DNA from: Octopus sinensis
Lineage: Eukaryota
Length of the DNA: 64,000 nt
Direction: 5' to 3'
Assembly (NCBI RefSeq): GCF_006345805.1
Contig: NC_043006.1
Span: forward strand, 80,910,001-80,974,000
Position numbers and translations under genes: made by a program. A model generated the notes under the pieces. The model did no database searches. It was given only the letters and a program-made list of their open reading frames with translations, and was not told the DNA's origin. Within the stretch, counting starts at the first letter, position 1, and every line of letters begins with the position of its first letter. Shown piece by piece: positions 13,069 to 25,952 of this stretch.

Positions 13069-13148
13069 GTCTAGCAGCCGTTTCTGGGATAACCCAAGTG
13101 GTTCGTTAGCATGTCCGTGCTCTAGGTATTCATTCCGTCATCAGAGAC
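13069..13148 (-). ncRNA. Degenerate hammerhead motif
   Basis: The minus strand reads GTCT-CTGATGA-long stem II-GAAA-CGGCTG-CT-AGAC; the cleavage-site U is mutated. Confidence 0.45.
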
Positions 13149-13339
13149 AAGGTAGGAATATCTTAAACGAGAGAAAACTTACAGTTTATAAGGAATAACT
13201 TTCACATTTTAAAAGGAATAAAATAGAAGAATAAAAAGTAAAAGTAGTTAAAGAATATATGCAAGAGAATAATGTTTACGACATTTTCCAGAAGATATGT
13301 ATGTTGGTCGGTACTTCCATGAAGATACAGGTTTTACTT

Positions 13340-13653
13340 AAAATCTCAGGTAAGTCCAAGCAGCATTTTGGCCGTATTCTTTATGATATATTCATATTGT
13401 AAACGTGTATATAGAGCGAGAAAGTATGATGGCCATAAATGGGTTTTGTGAGTTGGTGAATGAGAGAGAGAGAGAGAGAGAGAGAAGAGAAAGAATTAGA
13501 AAATAAGATTGTGGTAAGAGGAAAATAAGAATAAGATAAAAATTATAAAATATATATATAATATAAATAATAATAATAATATTAATCATAATAATAATAA
13601 TAATAGTAATAATAATAACAACAACAACAACAATAATAATAATAATAATAATA

Positions 13654-13703
<50 letters not shown>

Positions 13704-14271
13704 TAATAATAATAATAAATGCCCTGATGCAGTATAAATGCCCTGATGCTGTACCAAGCAGCGGCTCTCATGGCTTCTGATCTTAACTGACTGGAAGTGT
13801 TATCATGTACGTTGTTTTGTCTTGGTATAAAAGATGGGCTACAGTAAATATTCTGCTCAATACCACAGATTTGCTTAACCAGTTGAGCATGTCTCTCAGT
13901 GGCTGACGATATGTGCATCTCTGATCATAAGCAGAAGTAGTGGGGGAGCATCATAGCCAAGTGTTGAGAGGGATTCTTTGGGGTTTGAATAATTCACTTC
14001 TGGAAACATAGGTGTTTCATTCAACGTCCTTAAACAACCCTTAATCAGGTACCTTTTGAGTGGGATGGGTTACCCGACCAGAAGAAAATTCTAACTGGGC
14101 CCCACCCGCAAGATCATGCGCTGTTTATCTTGTTATGAGATCACCATGTCGCGCATATATGGTTGTGATGCATGTGCCTGGTGTACCCTTATCAGATGGG
14201 TAGTCATGATGGGTATACTGGGCTTCGTATATTTTAGCCCAGTGTCACTTTGATGGCATGCTCACTCAATG

Positions 14272-14322
<51 letters not shown>

Positions 14323-14800
14323 TAATAATAGAATAAAATTTAATGAGAGATATATCCTAAATGGGTTTTGAAAGTGAGTGTGTTTGGGAGAGGGGAGAAA
14401 GGGGATAAAAATAAAATAAGATAGAGATAGCGGGGTAAAGAATAATAAAATAAAATACAATATATAAATAAAAGTAAAGGAACGCTATAGATATATCAGT
14501 ATTGTTTGAGGGTTAGAGGTGAAACGTTAATGTTTCGGTAGAGTGAGTGTGGAAGGCCAATCTAGGTTAGCTTATAAGGATAATATTTTAGTGCAGATAT
14601 TTAAAATTGTATTTCAAGCTTCATAGCCATTAAATGGTGTGAGATAAAGGATTAAGAATTTAAATTTAAAATTCTCAATTAAAATTACAAACTAAGAAAA
14701 CTAAAAAACTAAAATATAAAAAAACTATGAAAATTAAAGTAGCTAGTTTCTAAGACAGTTATTTAGATAGAGAGGTAGTGGAAAAAAATAAGAGAGTGTA
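13340..14800. repeat. Old AT-rich interspersed repeat, split by the 13720-14268 insertion and inverted relative to 16230-16960
   Basis: Blocks such as ATATTCATATTGTAAACGTGTATATAGAGCGAGAAAGTATGATGG and GGAAGGCCAATCTAG..AGCTTATAAGGATAATATTTTAGTG match the reverse complement of 16230-16960. Confidence 0.8.
13720..14268 (+). mobile_element. ~530-bp interspersed element embedded in (TAA)n
   Basis: Homologous to the reverse complement of 37405-37820 (e.g. GTCACTTTGATGGCATGC; AAACAACCCTTA.TCAGG). Flanked by TAA arrays. The strand is arbitrary. Confidence 0.75.
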
Positions 14801-14809
14801 CATATATAC

Positions 14810-14860
<51 letters not shown>

Positions 14861-14941
14861 CATATACATAGTCATATATACACACATACATATACACACA
14901 CATTCACTCACTCACACACACACTCACACACACACAAACAA

Positions 14942-14974
<33 letters not shown>

Positions 14975-15179
14975 ACGACCATGGATGGATGTATTAGGCG
15001 TGATGGTTTTATATGCATTTGGATGTATGGAAGAATTTAAAGGTGTGATAGAACTTATGACAACATGTAGAAAATGACTTCATTAGAAAGGAATTCTAAA
15101 AGTCCTACAAGATTGTCCCGACGTGCACCCTCAATACCAACAACAGCAGTCATTGTAAATCAGTAAACAAACTTGAAGT

Positions 15180-15600
15180 AGACGATTCGTACGGAGCCTT
15201 ACAACCCAAGAGCCCCACATTTCAACCTGAAAGACCACAAAGCGGATTTCATAACCAAACCATCTAAAATCTTCATATGCACTACCAAATCTGACTTAGG
15301 ACGAATCGTTAAAAATATACTAGACAATATAATACCTGTAGTTAGAAAAAAATAGACATCAATTTATGGTCCTGCAAAGTTGAAGTTATTGCCTGTTTTC
15401 ACATGCCTGCAAGCAAAAATACTTCCGGATTCCTACAATCTGACATCAGCAATTGCTACAATTCTATATCCCCTATCCTCCATAACAAAGCTTATATTCT
15501 AGCTAAAGACTTAACTAACCTGACCCACTTGGGAATAGACGTAATTCTAACAGCCAGAAAGACACTCATATCCTTCGATACTAGCAGCTCCTGCCAACAA
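15180..15600 (+). mobile_element. Old Penelope RT N-terminal fragment
   Basis: Translates across frameshifts to LKDHKADF...KSDLGRIVKNILDNI and FLQSDISNCYNSISPILHNKA...IDVILTARKTLISFD, matching the PLE RT pattern LKDHK..F/KSEIG/FDI..FYPSI/ARKSLLF. Confidence 0.7.
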
Positions 15601-15857
15601 ATTAAATTCATAGCGAATACTAGACGTAGAAAACACATCGTTAATCTCAGTCCCTGAGGAACACGCCCCACTACTAGACAAATATACTGTTCCACTACAA
15701 ATAGACAAACTAAAACCCCCGCTGGTAACTTGGAAGGACCTCAGGTGAGACACATTCGTCAGCTCTACGCTAACCCGTGTAACACTCAATCGAAACTCAA
15801 ACAAATAAACAACGGTGAAGCCTACAACTCACCTCCAACAAATGCTATAGATTATAC

Positions 15858-16099
15858 TTGTCAAGCGATGTTGGGGGGGGGGAAGCACAGACACACAAAC
15901 ATATACACACAAATACATACATACATACATACATATATATATATATATATTCACGACGGGCTTCTTTCAGTTTCCGTCTACAAAACCACTCACAAGGCTT
16001 TGGTCGGATCGAGGCTATACTAGAAGATACTTGCCCAAGGTGTCCCGCAGTGGGATTGAACCCAGAACCATGTGGTTGGTAAGCAAGCCACTCCTGCGC

Positions 16100-16100
<1 letters not shown>
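15858..16100 (-). mobile_element. SINE family A, 5' half
   Basis: Reverse complement of 43920-44220. Confidence 0.85.
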
Positions 16101-16143
<43 letters not shown>

Positions 16144-16229
16144 TGTGTGTGTATATATATATATAATATATATATATATTATATATATATATATAATATA
16201 TATATATATATATACATGCATATATATAT

Positions 16230-16960
16230 ATTTACACTCTCTTCTTTTTACCCCCTACCTCTCTATCAAATTAACTATCTTAGAAACTAGCTAACTTCAA
16301 CTCAATAATTTAAATTTTTTATAGATTTTTAAATTTAGTTTTTTAGTTTACATAGTTTGTAATTTTAAATTTTAATTTTGAATTTGAATTTTAAACTCTT
16401 AATCTTTTATATCACACCATTTAATGGCTCTGAAGTTTGAAATACAATTTTAAATATCCCCACTAAAATATTATCCTTATAAGCTTAGCTAGATTGGCCT
16501 TCCATCCTCACTCTACTGAAACATTAACGTTTGACCTCTAATCCCACGCAATACTGATATATCTACATAGCTACCATTACTTTTATTTATTCAGTTATCT
16601 ATTTTTATTTTATTATTCTTTACCTAGCTACCTCTATCTTATTTTATTTTTATCCCCTTTATCCCTTGTCACATACAGTCTCACTCACAAAAGCCATTTA
16701 GGATATATTTATCATTTCCAGTTATTTTATCATTGTTCTTATTATTTTATTTATATGTATATTTATATTTTCATTCTATATTTTGATGTCATTTTTATTT
16801 TCCCTCTTGCCATTATTTTCTAATCCTTTCTCCAATCTCTCTTTCTCCTCTTTCATACACCCACTCACAAAGCCCATTTATGTCCATCATACTTTCTCGC
16901 TCTATATACACGTTTACAATATGAATATATCATTAGGAATACTGCGAAAATGCTTCCTTG
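16230..16960. repeat. Inverted copy of the 13340-14800 repeat
   Basis: Same matching blocks as listed for 13340-14800. Confidence 0.8.
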
Positions 16961-17151
16961 GCGATTAAAATTTTGTGTGTACTATCTCTGATTTGGAAGT
17001 TAATTCATGCAAACGTTCCTTATAGAAGTTACATAATATTTCGGTTTTAAGAATCATATTGGTATTTTAACAGAACTGCATCAAAGGCCCTTAAACTGCA
17101 TCTGCCAAGCGCTGTTCATGTCAAACATTTATGTTCTATATATAAATATAC

Positions 17152-17272
<121 letters not shown>

Positions 17273-17334
17273 ATATATATAATATATATATATACACATA
17301 TACATATATATATAGGAAGGGCGTGAGCGTGACC

Positions 17335-17537
17335 AACATGTGATCTCTTGAGCACCACCAGCAAAAATATTTTTCCTCTGTCTTCCCTTCTCGGGATCTT
17401 CCTTCTCCTTTGTTTCGACGAAGAGCTCCGCCCGAAACGTTAAACCCTCCTTCCCTTCTTTCCTGAGCGTCAAATAATACTTTAATTGTTCCAGGTCCTC
17501 GCGTTGCTGTGTTGTTTTCTGTGTTTCTTGTTTGGAT

Positions 17538-17562
<25 letters not shown>
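17335..17562 (+). mobile_element. Short repeat family X (probably PLE-derived) with a hammerhead-like motif at ~17412-17446
   Basis: GTTTCGACGAAGAGCTCCGCCCGAAACGTTAAAC. It shares CCTCGCGTTG..GTGTT..TTTGGATTAAC with 46231-46422 and 49270-49465. Confidence 0.6.
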
Positions 17563-17585
<23 letters not shown>

Positions 17586-17589
17586 ATAT

Positions 17590-18860
17590 TCTAACAGAGA
17601 CACCCGGCGTTGCCCATGTCATTTGGAATTGAAGAATTAGACTTTTCTTTTTCATTACATATGAATACATATGATTCGAACTTCATCAAAATTGGAGATT
17701 AAGAATTTTAATGGGGGCTCTTTCCCTCTTTACACACCTTAACAAACATTCTAATCATGACATATTAATCGCATACTACTCCTCTGTATGACCAGATTCC
17801 AAAATCCAAATATTATAAAACCCATTCAAAGGTTTTTGTTTCTGAAAATTGAAGCACATGGAGCTCTAAAATGTGGGGGTGTCTTAAAGTCAACCAGGGA
17901 AGTTGAATTGTTGGGGATCTTTTTTAACTTGTGTCTCATATCTATCTAATTTCTTTGAAATCGGAAATATATGATTGTTCACTGGGTTTGTAAAAGAGAG
18001 CAAAGCTAGAGGAAACCAAAAGACGAATGATCACAATAAGAAGTCCGCTACCCTACTCTAGGCGTTACCACTCCCCAATGTAGGATTTCTCCCTATACAA
18101 GCGACCGGCACAGCCGTAAGATGCATTGCCTATCTATAGCAACTGGAAGGGCGTGAGCGTGACCCAACTCAAATAAACATTAACAACTGTGTTACGTGAG
18201 GGTTAAGCGGAAATGAAAGTGTCACCTCTAGAGTTTGCCAATGATCACTATGCCGATAGGTAACTGAACATAATAAATTTGCAATCTATAAATCTCTTTG
18301 AATGACCAATAATTATCTGGAAAGGCCTTGAAATCAATGTTACCATCTGGGGACTATCTCTGACCCAGTGATTATATAAAGACTCAAAGGAGGTCTGCAA
18401 CCAAATAAATTTACTCAAAATAAAACTTTGCAACTGAATAAGTGGAGGCAAATGTGTCTCTCATTTACTCGACAATTTGTGCACCTCATTGCAGAAATCA
18501 CAATCTAAATATATCTCAAAGTAAACTCTTAAACTGTTGTATCAGTGAATTACAAAGAACGCTCATCTTGTATCCTCGGGTGACTCTACAGCTACGATTG
18601 TATTCGTCTTGGCTTAGGAAAAATGACTAAATTGTGGGGGCTAAGCTCCCATTAAAGGGTCTTACTGACCTCCTAAAAAGTTGAAATTTTAGGAATATTA
18701 CTTCAATTGTAACCCATGCCCCAAAATTTGTATGAAGCATACGGCATTACCCTTCTACCTTGGGTTGGATTTTGTGTTCGAAATTTCATTAGAATCAGTC
18801 CAGTAGTTTTCGAGTCTGTTAGTAACACACGAACACAGACATTGACTTAACGAGTAGAAA
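17590..18860 (+). mobile_element. Helitron/HINE-like non-autonomous element
   Basis: 5' CTAACAGAGACACCCGGCGTTGCCC; 3' AAATTTCATTAGAATCAGTCCAGTAGTTTTCGAG...ACACACGAACACAGAC. Confidence 0.5.
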
Positions 18861-20439
18861 TACATGCGTACATATATATATATATATGTATGTAGAAACG
18901 TGTGTGTCTGTGTCAATGTGTTTGTACGTATATTTTTGACATTTGTAATCAGCTTTTTCCATAGTATATAAGAATGTCAATCATTGGATCAGAATTTATA
19001 GTATAATTGATTTAATATAAATCGATTAGGTAGACAGAACTATCACATCTAAGGACCCTAAAACACTTAAACAGCAGCATCCTATGCTGGAATTTAATAT
19101 ACAGAAAACAATTTTAAATAATTTTTAGAAATGTATAACTTTCCCTTATTATGTTTTTTTGTCTAACTCTCCATATATATATATATATATATATGGAGAG
19201 ATAGACAGAAAAACATTATATATATATATATAATATGATATGATATAATATAATATATATGCATATATATTTTTATATATCGAGATAGATAGATATATAG
19301 ATAAATACATAGGTAGACAGACAGATATCTGTGTGTGTACACTTGTGATAGAATTAAAAAATAGGTGAAAGGAAGTAGAGACAATGTATTCGCAATACGC
19401 TTAAATTAATCTGATTTTAAATGTGAGACAACAACTATTGTACCGCTAAATCTATAAGTATTCGTTTAACAATATAATCTGTATGCATTAGATCCGATCA
19501 AAAAAGAAAAGAAAGAAAAATAAATAAAACGATGAAAATAACTCTTTTTCCAAAATGATATCTAAAAATATCTCCAGCAATATATATTTAGGGGTATTAA
19601 ACAATATCTAGACATAAAGTGACAAAAGAAAAAATTAAGAAAAGAAAAATTAAGAAGATTTTTGTTGATTGGAAATTTATCAGGCTGATTTCACAAAATA
19701 TAATCTTTTGAAAATATACTTAAACGTTTTAGACTAATTTGAATTTAGTTTAAATTAAGTTGCTAGTTATTTTTGTAGTTATGCCAATCACTTTCATTAC
19801 ACTAGGGAATAATTTTGAACATAATTTCCGTTGAGTTCAATTTTTCATTTTATTGTAAGTAAAATTGGCAGGATAATATCAAAACTACGGCCAATTTTCT
19901 TCCATCACATCAATTTCTTTTTCTACAGATTACTCTCAAAATAGTCAGTTTCAAATCTCCCTCCATGAAAGAAGTCACGATTATTGACGAATAAGTTGCC
20001 TAAACAGGTTGTCAATCCTTAGGTGTCATGTTCCAGTTGCAAAACGGAGGCTGGAAGCTGACTTCGTAACAAAATTCATGAAATTACAAGAATCTGGTTA
20101 AAATGTCTGAATGACCAGTACTATGGTACAATGGATTCGAAATTAAGTGAAGTGGTCAGAGAACAGATTTGTGCAGTGAAGGAGAGATGGAGTACACATA
20201 TTTCCCTGGGTCAGATGGTACAAGACCGTGTGGCTTCTCTATATGTATGATTACTATTGTATTCTGCGAATAATACGTAAATGTCTATATGCAAAGGGTC
20301 AGCATACTTCATGTAAGTATGCTGCTTTTAGTTTTTCTACTCTTGTGACTGTTTACGTTTTATTCCCACACTTATTTCCTTTCTTTGAAATCATATCTTC
20401 TGCTACTCCTCATTGTAAGTGCCTTGAACATCTCTGATT

Positions 20440-20700
20440 CATTTTCCTATAGTTGCAGTTGTTTTACACTTCCCAGTTAAAGGGAAAATATCGACGCATT
20501 TGTGAAGTCAAGGTATTTTGTATATCTTAAATTAAAAGCTGGTGATCAAGACAAGTCTTGGGCCCCTCACAGGGTGTGCAAATCGTGTGTAGAGAGTTCA
20601 CTGAAATGAACCAAGGGAACACGTCATAGGTCATAAGATACAACTATTTGGCGAAAAGATCATTTCAGAAACTGTTACTTTGCTTACCGAAAACCCCAGG
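20440..20700 (+). mobile_element. DNA transposase N-terminal fragment, probably CMC/Chapaev3-like
   Basis: Translates to GDQDKSWAPHRVCKSCVE followed by a degenerate W.....DH...CYF. The superfamily assignment is from memory of this motif. Confidence 0.55.
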
Positions 20701-21050
20701 ACACACACACCACACACACGCACACACATTTATGTATATATTAAGTGACTGATACGAAAGACTGTGTGTAAATTGAAGCTTTATTAATACAACAATCGTT
20801 TCGAAATGATTGTTCTACTGATAAAGTTTCTAGTTGCACTCTGTCTTCTGTATCAATCATTTAAATAATACCCTACGCACACCTCGCAATTCCGGACGTA
20901 GATCGAACGCTGAACACACAGTAACGCTGATAACGCTGGCAGTGGCGAACGTGCTCTGCAGGCGCACTACTTGTGACTCACCCTGAAACAAGTTTTGGGT
21001 ACTGCATTTTTAATGCCCCCTTTCTAAACCTTAATACTTAATTCAAAATT

Positions 21051-21149
<99 letters not shown>

Positions 21150-22429
21150 CAGGTATTTATAGAATTGGATTTGAAAGTACAGAAATGCGCGTCGGCAGCC
21201 TTCACCTTTTTAGGTCCAAATGATACCGAGGGGTTTTCCATCTTGATTTGACGTGCTTCAAATTCCGATTTCAAAATCCCTTATTTCACGCTTTGTCGAA
21301 AGTTAATGAATTCTTATGATGTCGACAACAAACACACACGCACAAACACTGATATATATACACATACACACAGACACTCACGCACATAAGTGTAATGAGT
21401 GTACAAATTTAATTTCATATATTGAACGATTTGATAGATTCGTTGGTGACATCTTATTATTTCGTTGGTGACATCTTATTATCCGAACTGAAATAGCTGA
21501 GTCGGTCATTGGAAAACCTAACGGCAGCTTTTCCCAGGGAAAAAAAGGCGGAATAATCATCATATTTGTACATGATGTTCTAATAAAAGCAGGAAATTGG
21601 AAGAGAATTTGTTGATAATTCAAATCAACAAAAGCCACCAGTTCTCTTTAAATCATATTTATATTGTGCATATTTGACATCTAATGCATTTTCATTCTAT
21701 CTTCAGGAAAATTGCTTTCTCACCATTTATGAAATTGATGTAAGGAGTTTGTACATCCAACTAAAGTACAACTATAAAGTTTCGGTTACAATAACAATTT
21801 ATGTTAAGTGTTAATAGTAATTTTTATTTCGCATACGTTAAAAAAAAATTTTAATATTTTCTCTCGTGTAAAGTTTATTGCAATTATGTATTTCGTAAAA
21901 TTTCATTTCAACCAGAATATAACTTTCGAGAATTCCTCAAACATTGTACTCTTGTGACATAATACTATTAGAGAGATGTTTTAGAAATTAGTGTTCAATG
22001 TAATTACCTTGAATCAGTGCAAAGAGAAATATTGATTCTCTCGTTTCAAACCAATAGAGAATCGGCTTGATCGTAACTTACAGGGAACTCAGAAAATGCT
22101 GCAATACAATTAACGATAATAGAACATGAACGAAAACATAACTTGTTAATTAGGTAAATATTTATAGTCATCAAAATGTAAATTGTGAGTCTCTAGTTAA
22201 TAATAGAAGCAAAATTGAAGCAGTGATGATATGCTTGGAGGTTTGTAAATGCACGTTATATTACAGAACAATGTGGAATATTCCATTCGGAATAAAGTTC
22301 AGAATGGAACAGGAGAAAACATGGACGAACATACAAATACGACAACGCACGCGCGTGCACACACAAACAAACACACACGGGCACACACGCATACACACAC
22401 ACACACACACACATACACACACATACACA

Positions 22430-22479
<50 letters not shown>

Positions 22480-22482
22480 CTT

Positions 22483-22800
22483 AAAGACTCCGCCGGTTAC
22501 GACGACGAGGGTCCCAGCTGATACGATCAACGGAACAGCTTGCTCGTGAAATTAACGTGCAAATGGCTGAGCATCCACAGACACGTGTACCCTAACGTAG
22601 TTCTCGGGGGATAATCAGCGTGACACAGAGAGTGACAAATGACCCTTTGAAACAAGTACAACTCATTTTTGCCAGCTGAGTGGACTGGAGCAAAACGTGA
22701 AATAAAGTGTCTTGCTCAAGGACACAACGCGTCGCCGGGAATCGAACTCACAACCTTACGATCATGAGCCGAATGCCCCCACTAGCCACGGCGCCCTCAC
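22483..22800 (-). mobile_element. SINE family B relative
   Basis: CTCCG.CGGTTACGACGACGAGGGT..CAG.TGAT.CGATCA.CGGAACAGC matches 30198-30250; B-box GTTCGATTCCC on the minus strand. Confidence 0.85.
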
Positions 22801-23056
22801 TATATATATATATATATATATATACGCACACACACAGACACATGTGCATCATTCGGACGAAGTAGACTTATGTTTGCAATTATTAGTTTCGGGTGCAATA
22901 TAAAAATAACTTGGTGATTGTTAAAACGTTTATAAACGAATTTTTCATATGCATACCATCTTATCTACCAACATATACACCTGCTCCATCTCTCTCTCTT
23001 TCCTTCCCTCCCTCCCTTTTTCTCTCCATCTATCTATCTATATAGATAAATGTATG

Positions 23057-23098
<42 letters not shown>

Positions 23099-23350
23099 TA
23101 TGTGTGTGTGTGTATGTAAAATATAGAGTAGGGAATTTTTTTTAGAAATTTCACTACATAGAATGAGAGAGAGAAATATATATGTATGTGTATATGTAAT
23201 CATACAAACCAGCCAAAACCCATGCATGCACCCACATATGTTCTCTCAGTCGGCTGAAACTGCGCTTGCGCGGTGAATTTGAAAAATCATAATGTATAAC
23301 GATGAGACACGTGTTATTCGTCTCTTAATTATATGTAAGTGTTACGACGT

Positions 23351-23421
23351 GGTCACTGATGAGAAATTCGCCTAGCAAATTTTTTTATTTGCTAAAAATA
23401 TTTTGAAACCTAGATCTGACC
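23351..23421 (+). ncRNA. Type I hammerhead ribozyme motif, copy 1
   Basis: GGTCA-CTGATGA-stem II (TAGCAAAT/ATTTGCTA hairpin)-GAAA-CCTAGA-TC-TGACC; stem I is GGTCA/TGACC. Confidence 0.78.
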
Positions 23422-23577
23422 GGATTAAGACAACAAGGTAAACGTTTTTATTTTTCATTCATTTTGAAGATTGCTCTCACATGTGGTTTTGGTCGTTTTG
23501 ACTACTTCTTCTAGAGTGTAAAAACTGTCTGTTGAATGCAGTTTTCTCTTGTGTTTAAATGTACACCATTATATATA

Positions 23578-23620
<43 letters not shown>

Positions 23621-24280
23621 ATATATATACAAATATAGATAGTTAGACACGAGCGTGTGAGCTATTATTTAAAGAAGTTTGACTCTGCTCCAAGCGACTT
23701 GGTGTTTCCTAGGCATCTTACAGAGGCATAGCTCGTTCAGGCTGAGATTACCGAATGAAGTGACGAAGGAAAGCCAAGATAGCTGCGATATAATGGGCTG
23801 TTTGACCAACGCGGGGAACGCGCGCTACATAGTGTGCCCAGAGCCATACCGACTATTAAAAGACCGCAGTATTGTTAGAAAGGGAAATTTCTTGGACTGC
23901 GTGAGGACAGGAAGCTGTTGATTTTTAAGTGTCTGAGCGCTGCCAAATGCAAGGCTGGTGAATCTGTACGTGTGTTTGTGTGTGTGTTGTGTGTGTGTGT
24001 GTGTGTGTGGTGTGTGTGTGTATGTGTGTATGTGTGTGTGTGTATGTAAAATATAGAGTAGGGAATTTTTTTTAGAAATTTCACTACATAGAATGAGAGA
24101 GAGAAATATATATGTATGTGTATATGTAATCATACAAACCAGCCAAAACCCATGCATGCACCCACATATGTTCTCTCAGTCGGCTGAAACTGCGCTTGCG
24201 CGGTGAATTTGAAAAATCATAATGTATAACGATGAGACACGTGTTATTCGTCTCTTAATTATATGTAAGTGTTACGACGT

Positions 24281-24350
24281 GGTCACTGATGAGAAATTCG
24301 CCTAGCAATTTTTTTATTTGCTAAAAATATTTTGAAACCTAGATCTGACC
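24281..24350 (+). ncRNA. Type I hammerhead ribozyme motif, copy 2
   Basis: Same as 23351-23421. Confidence 0.78.
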
Positions 24351-25691
24351 GGATTAAGACAACAAGGTAAACGTTTTTATTTTTCATTCATTTTGAAGAT
24401 TGCTCTTACATGTGGTTTTGGTCGTTTTGACTACTTCTTCTAGAGTGTAAAAACTGTCTGTTGAATGCAGTTTTCTCTTGTGTTTAAATGTACACCATTA
24501 TATATATATATATATATACAAATATAGATAGTTAGACACGAGCGTGTGAGCTATTATTTAAAGAAGTTTGACTCTGCTCCAAGTGACTTGGTGTTTCCTA
24601 GGCATCTTACAGAGGCATAGCTCGTTCAGGCTGAGATTACCGAATGAAGTGACGAAGGAAAGCCAAGATAGCTGCGATATAATGGGCTGTTTGACCAACG
24701 CGGGGAACGCGCGCTACATAGTGTGCCCAGAGCCATACCGACTATTAAAAGACCGCAGTATTGTTAGAAAGGGAAATTTCTTGGACTGCGTGAGGACAGG
24801 AAGCTGTTGATTTTTAAGTGTCTGAGCGCTGCCAAATGCAAGGCTGGTGAATCTGTACGTGTGTTTGTGTGTGTGTGTATGCCAGATGTATGTATACGTG
24901 TATGTGGGTGTGCAATTGTCCCCGTATGTGTATGTATGTGTGTGGGGTGCGTGCGAAGATGTGTGCATTAGTACTTGCCACAACGCGGCGTGCGCGAGCA
25001 AATTTGTGATGCATGTAGGGGTGTGTGAGCGTAAGTATATACATTCTTGCATTTCTGTGTAAACAGCAATAGGATAGGTCATATTTGCTGTTGATATATA
25101 TTGCAAGTTGATCTAGGATGTGCAATCTTTCACAAAGGCATAGCTGGCAACTGCGGGTATATATCATCAGGAAATATGAACTTTTTTATTGCTGCCACCA
25201 GAGGTACTCCCTTCTGGTGAACTTCAAACCAATGTTTGCCAACACTAGAAATATATCATCGTAACCATGGTTACGCCTCAACACAGATCAGGGTTCCAAC
25301 CACTATTGCCTATGCAGACAGCAAACTGGCCCCACAAATTAGTGTTTGCTTCTTCCATGGGTATGAGTAAGTATCTCATGTATTTCTTTTGCCACATTTA
25401 TCACTGACGAAGGGAGGGCTCTTCTGAGCTAACCCTGAAATCGGTCCGATATGGTAATAATGGAATTTTTTAGAAATTTCTGTCGACCTTTTTTCGAGTA
25501 GCGTGCGTATTGTGAAAACATTATATGGTTAATGGACAATATTCCAATTTTTCGGCATATTTGGCATTAGAAATTTTTTCGTTTGCTCTTATTTATGAAT
25601 TGTTTATAAATTTAACCTTTAAAGGTATTTTTTAATATGCTGGCCATTGATAAATTTATTTCGAAAAAAATGTTATCCTACTTTATATATA

Positions 25692-25791
<100 letters not shown>

Positions 25792-25952
25792 CCAATACGG
25801 AACATTTTATTCAGCAGAAAATATTTGCGAATATACCATCAACTCTATTATTATCTAGGATAAAATAATTAAATTGATAATAACAGAATAAATAATATAG
25901 GTGATTGCAGGCCCTAAAAAGCATTAAATAAGCTGAAGTATTAACATTTATA

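Larger units (their letters stand above)
23113..24875. repeat. Tandem duplication with a ~890-930 bp unit and nearly identical copies
   Basis: The offset is 930 before and 889 after the internal (TA)n. Only a few substitutions are visible (23477 C/T, 23694 C/T). Unit boundaries lie in (GT)n. Confidence 0.95.
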
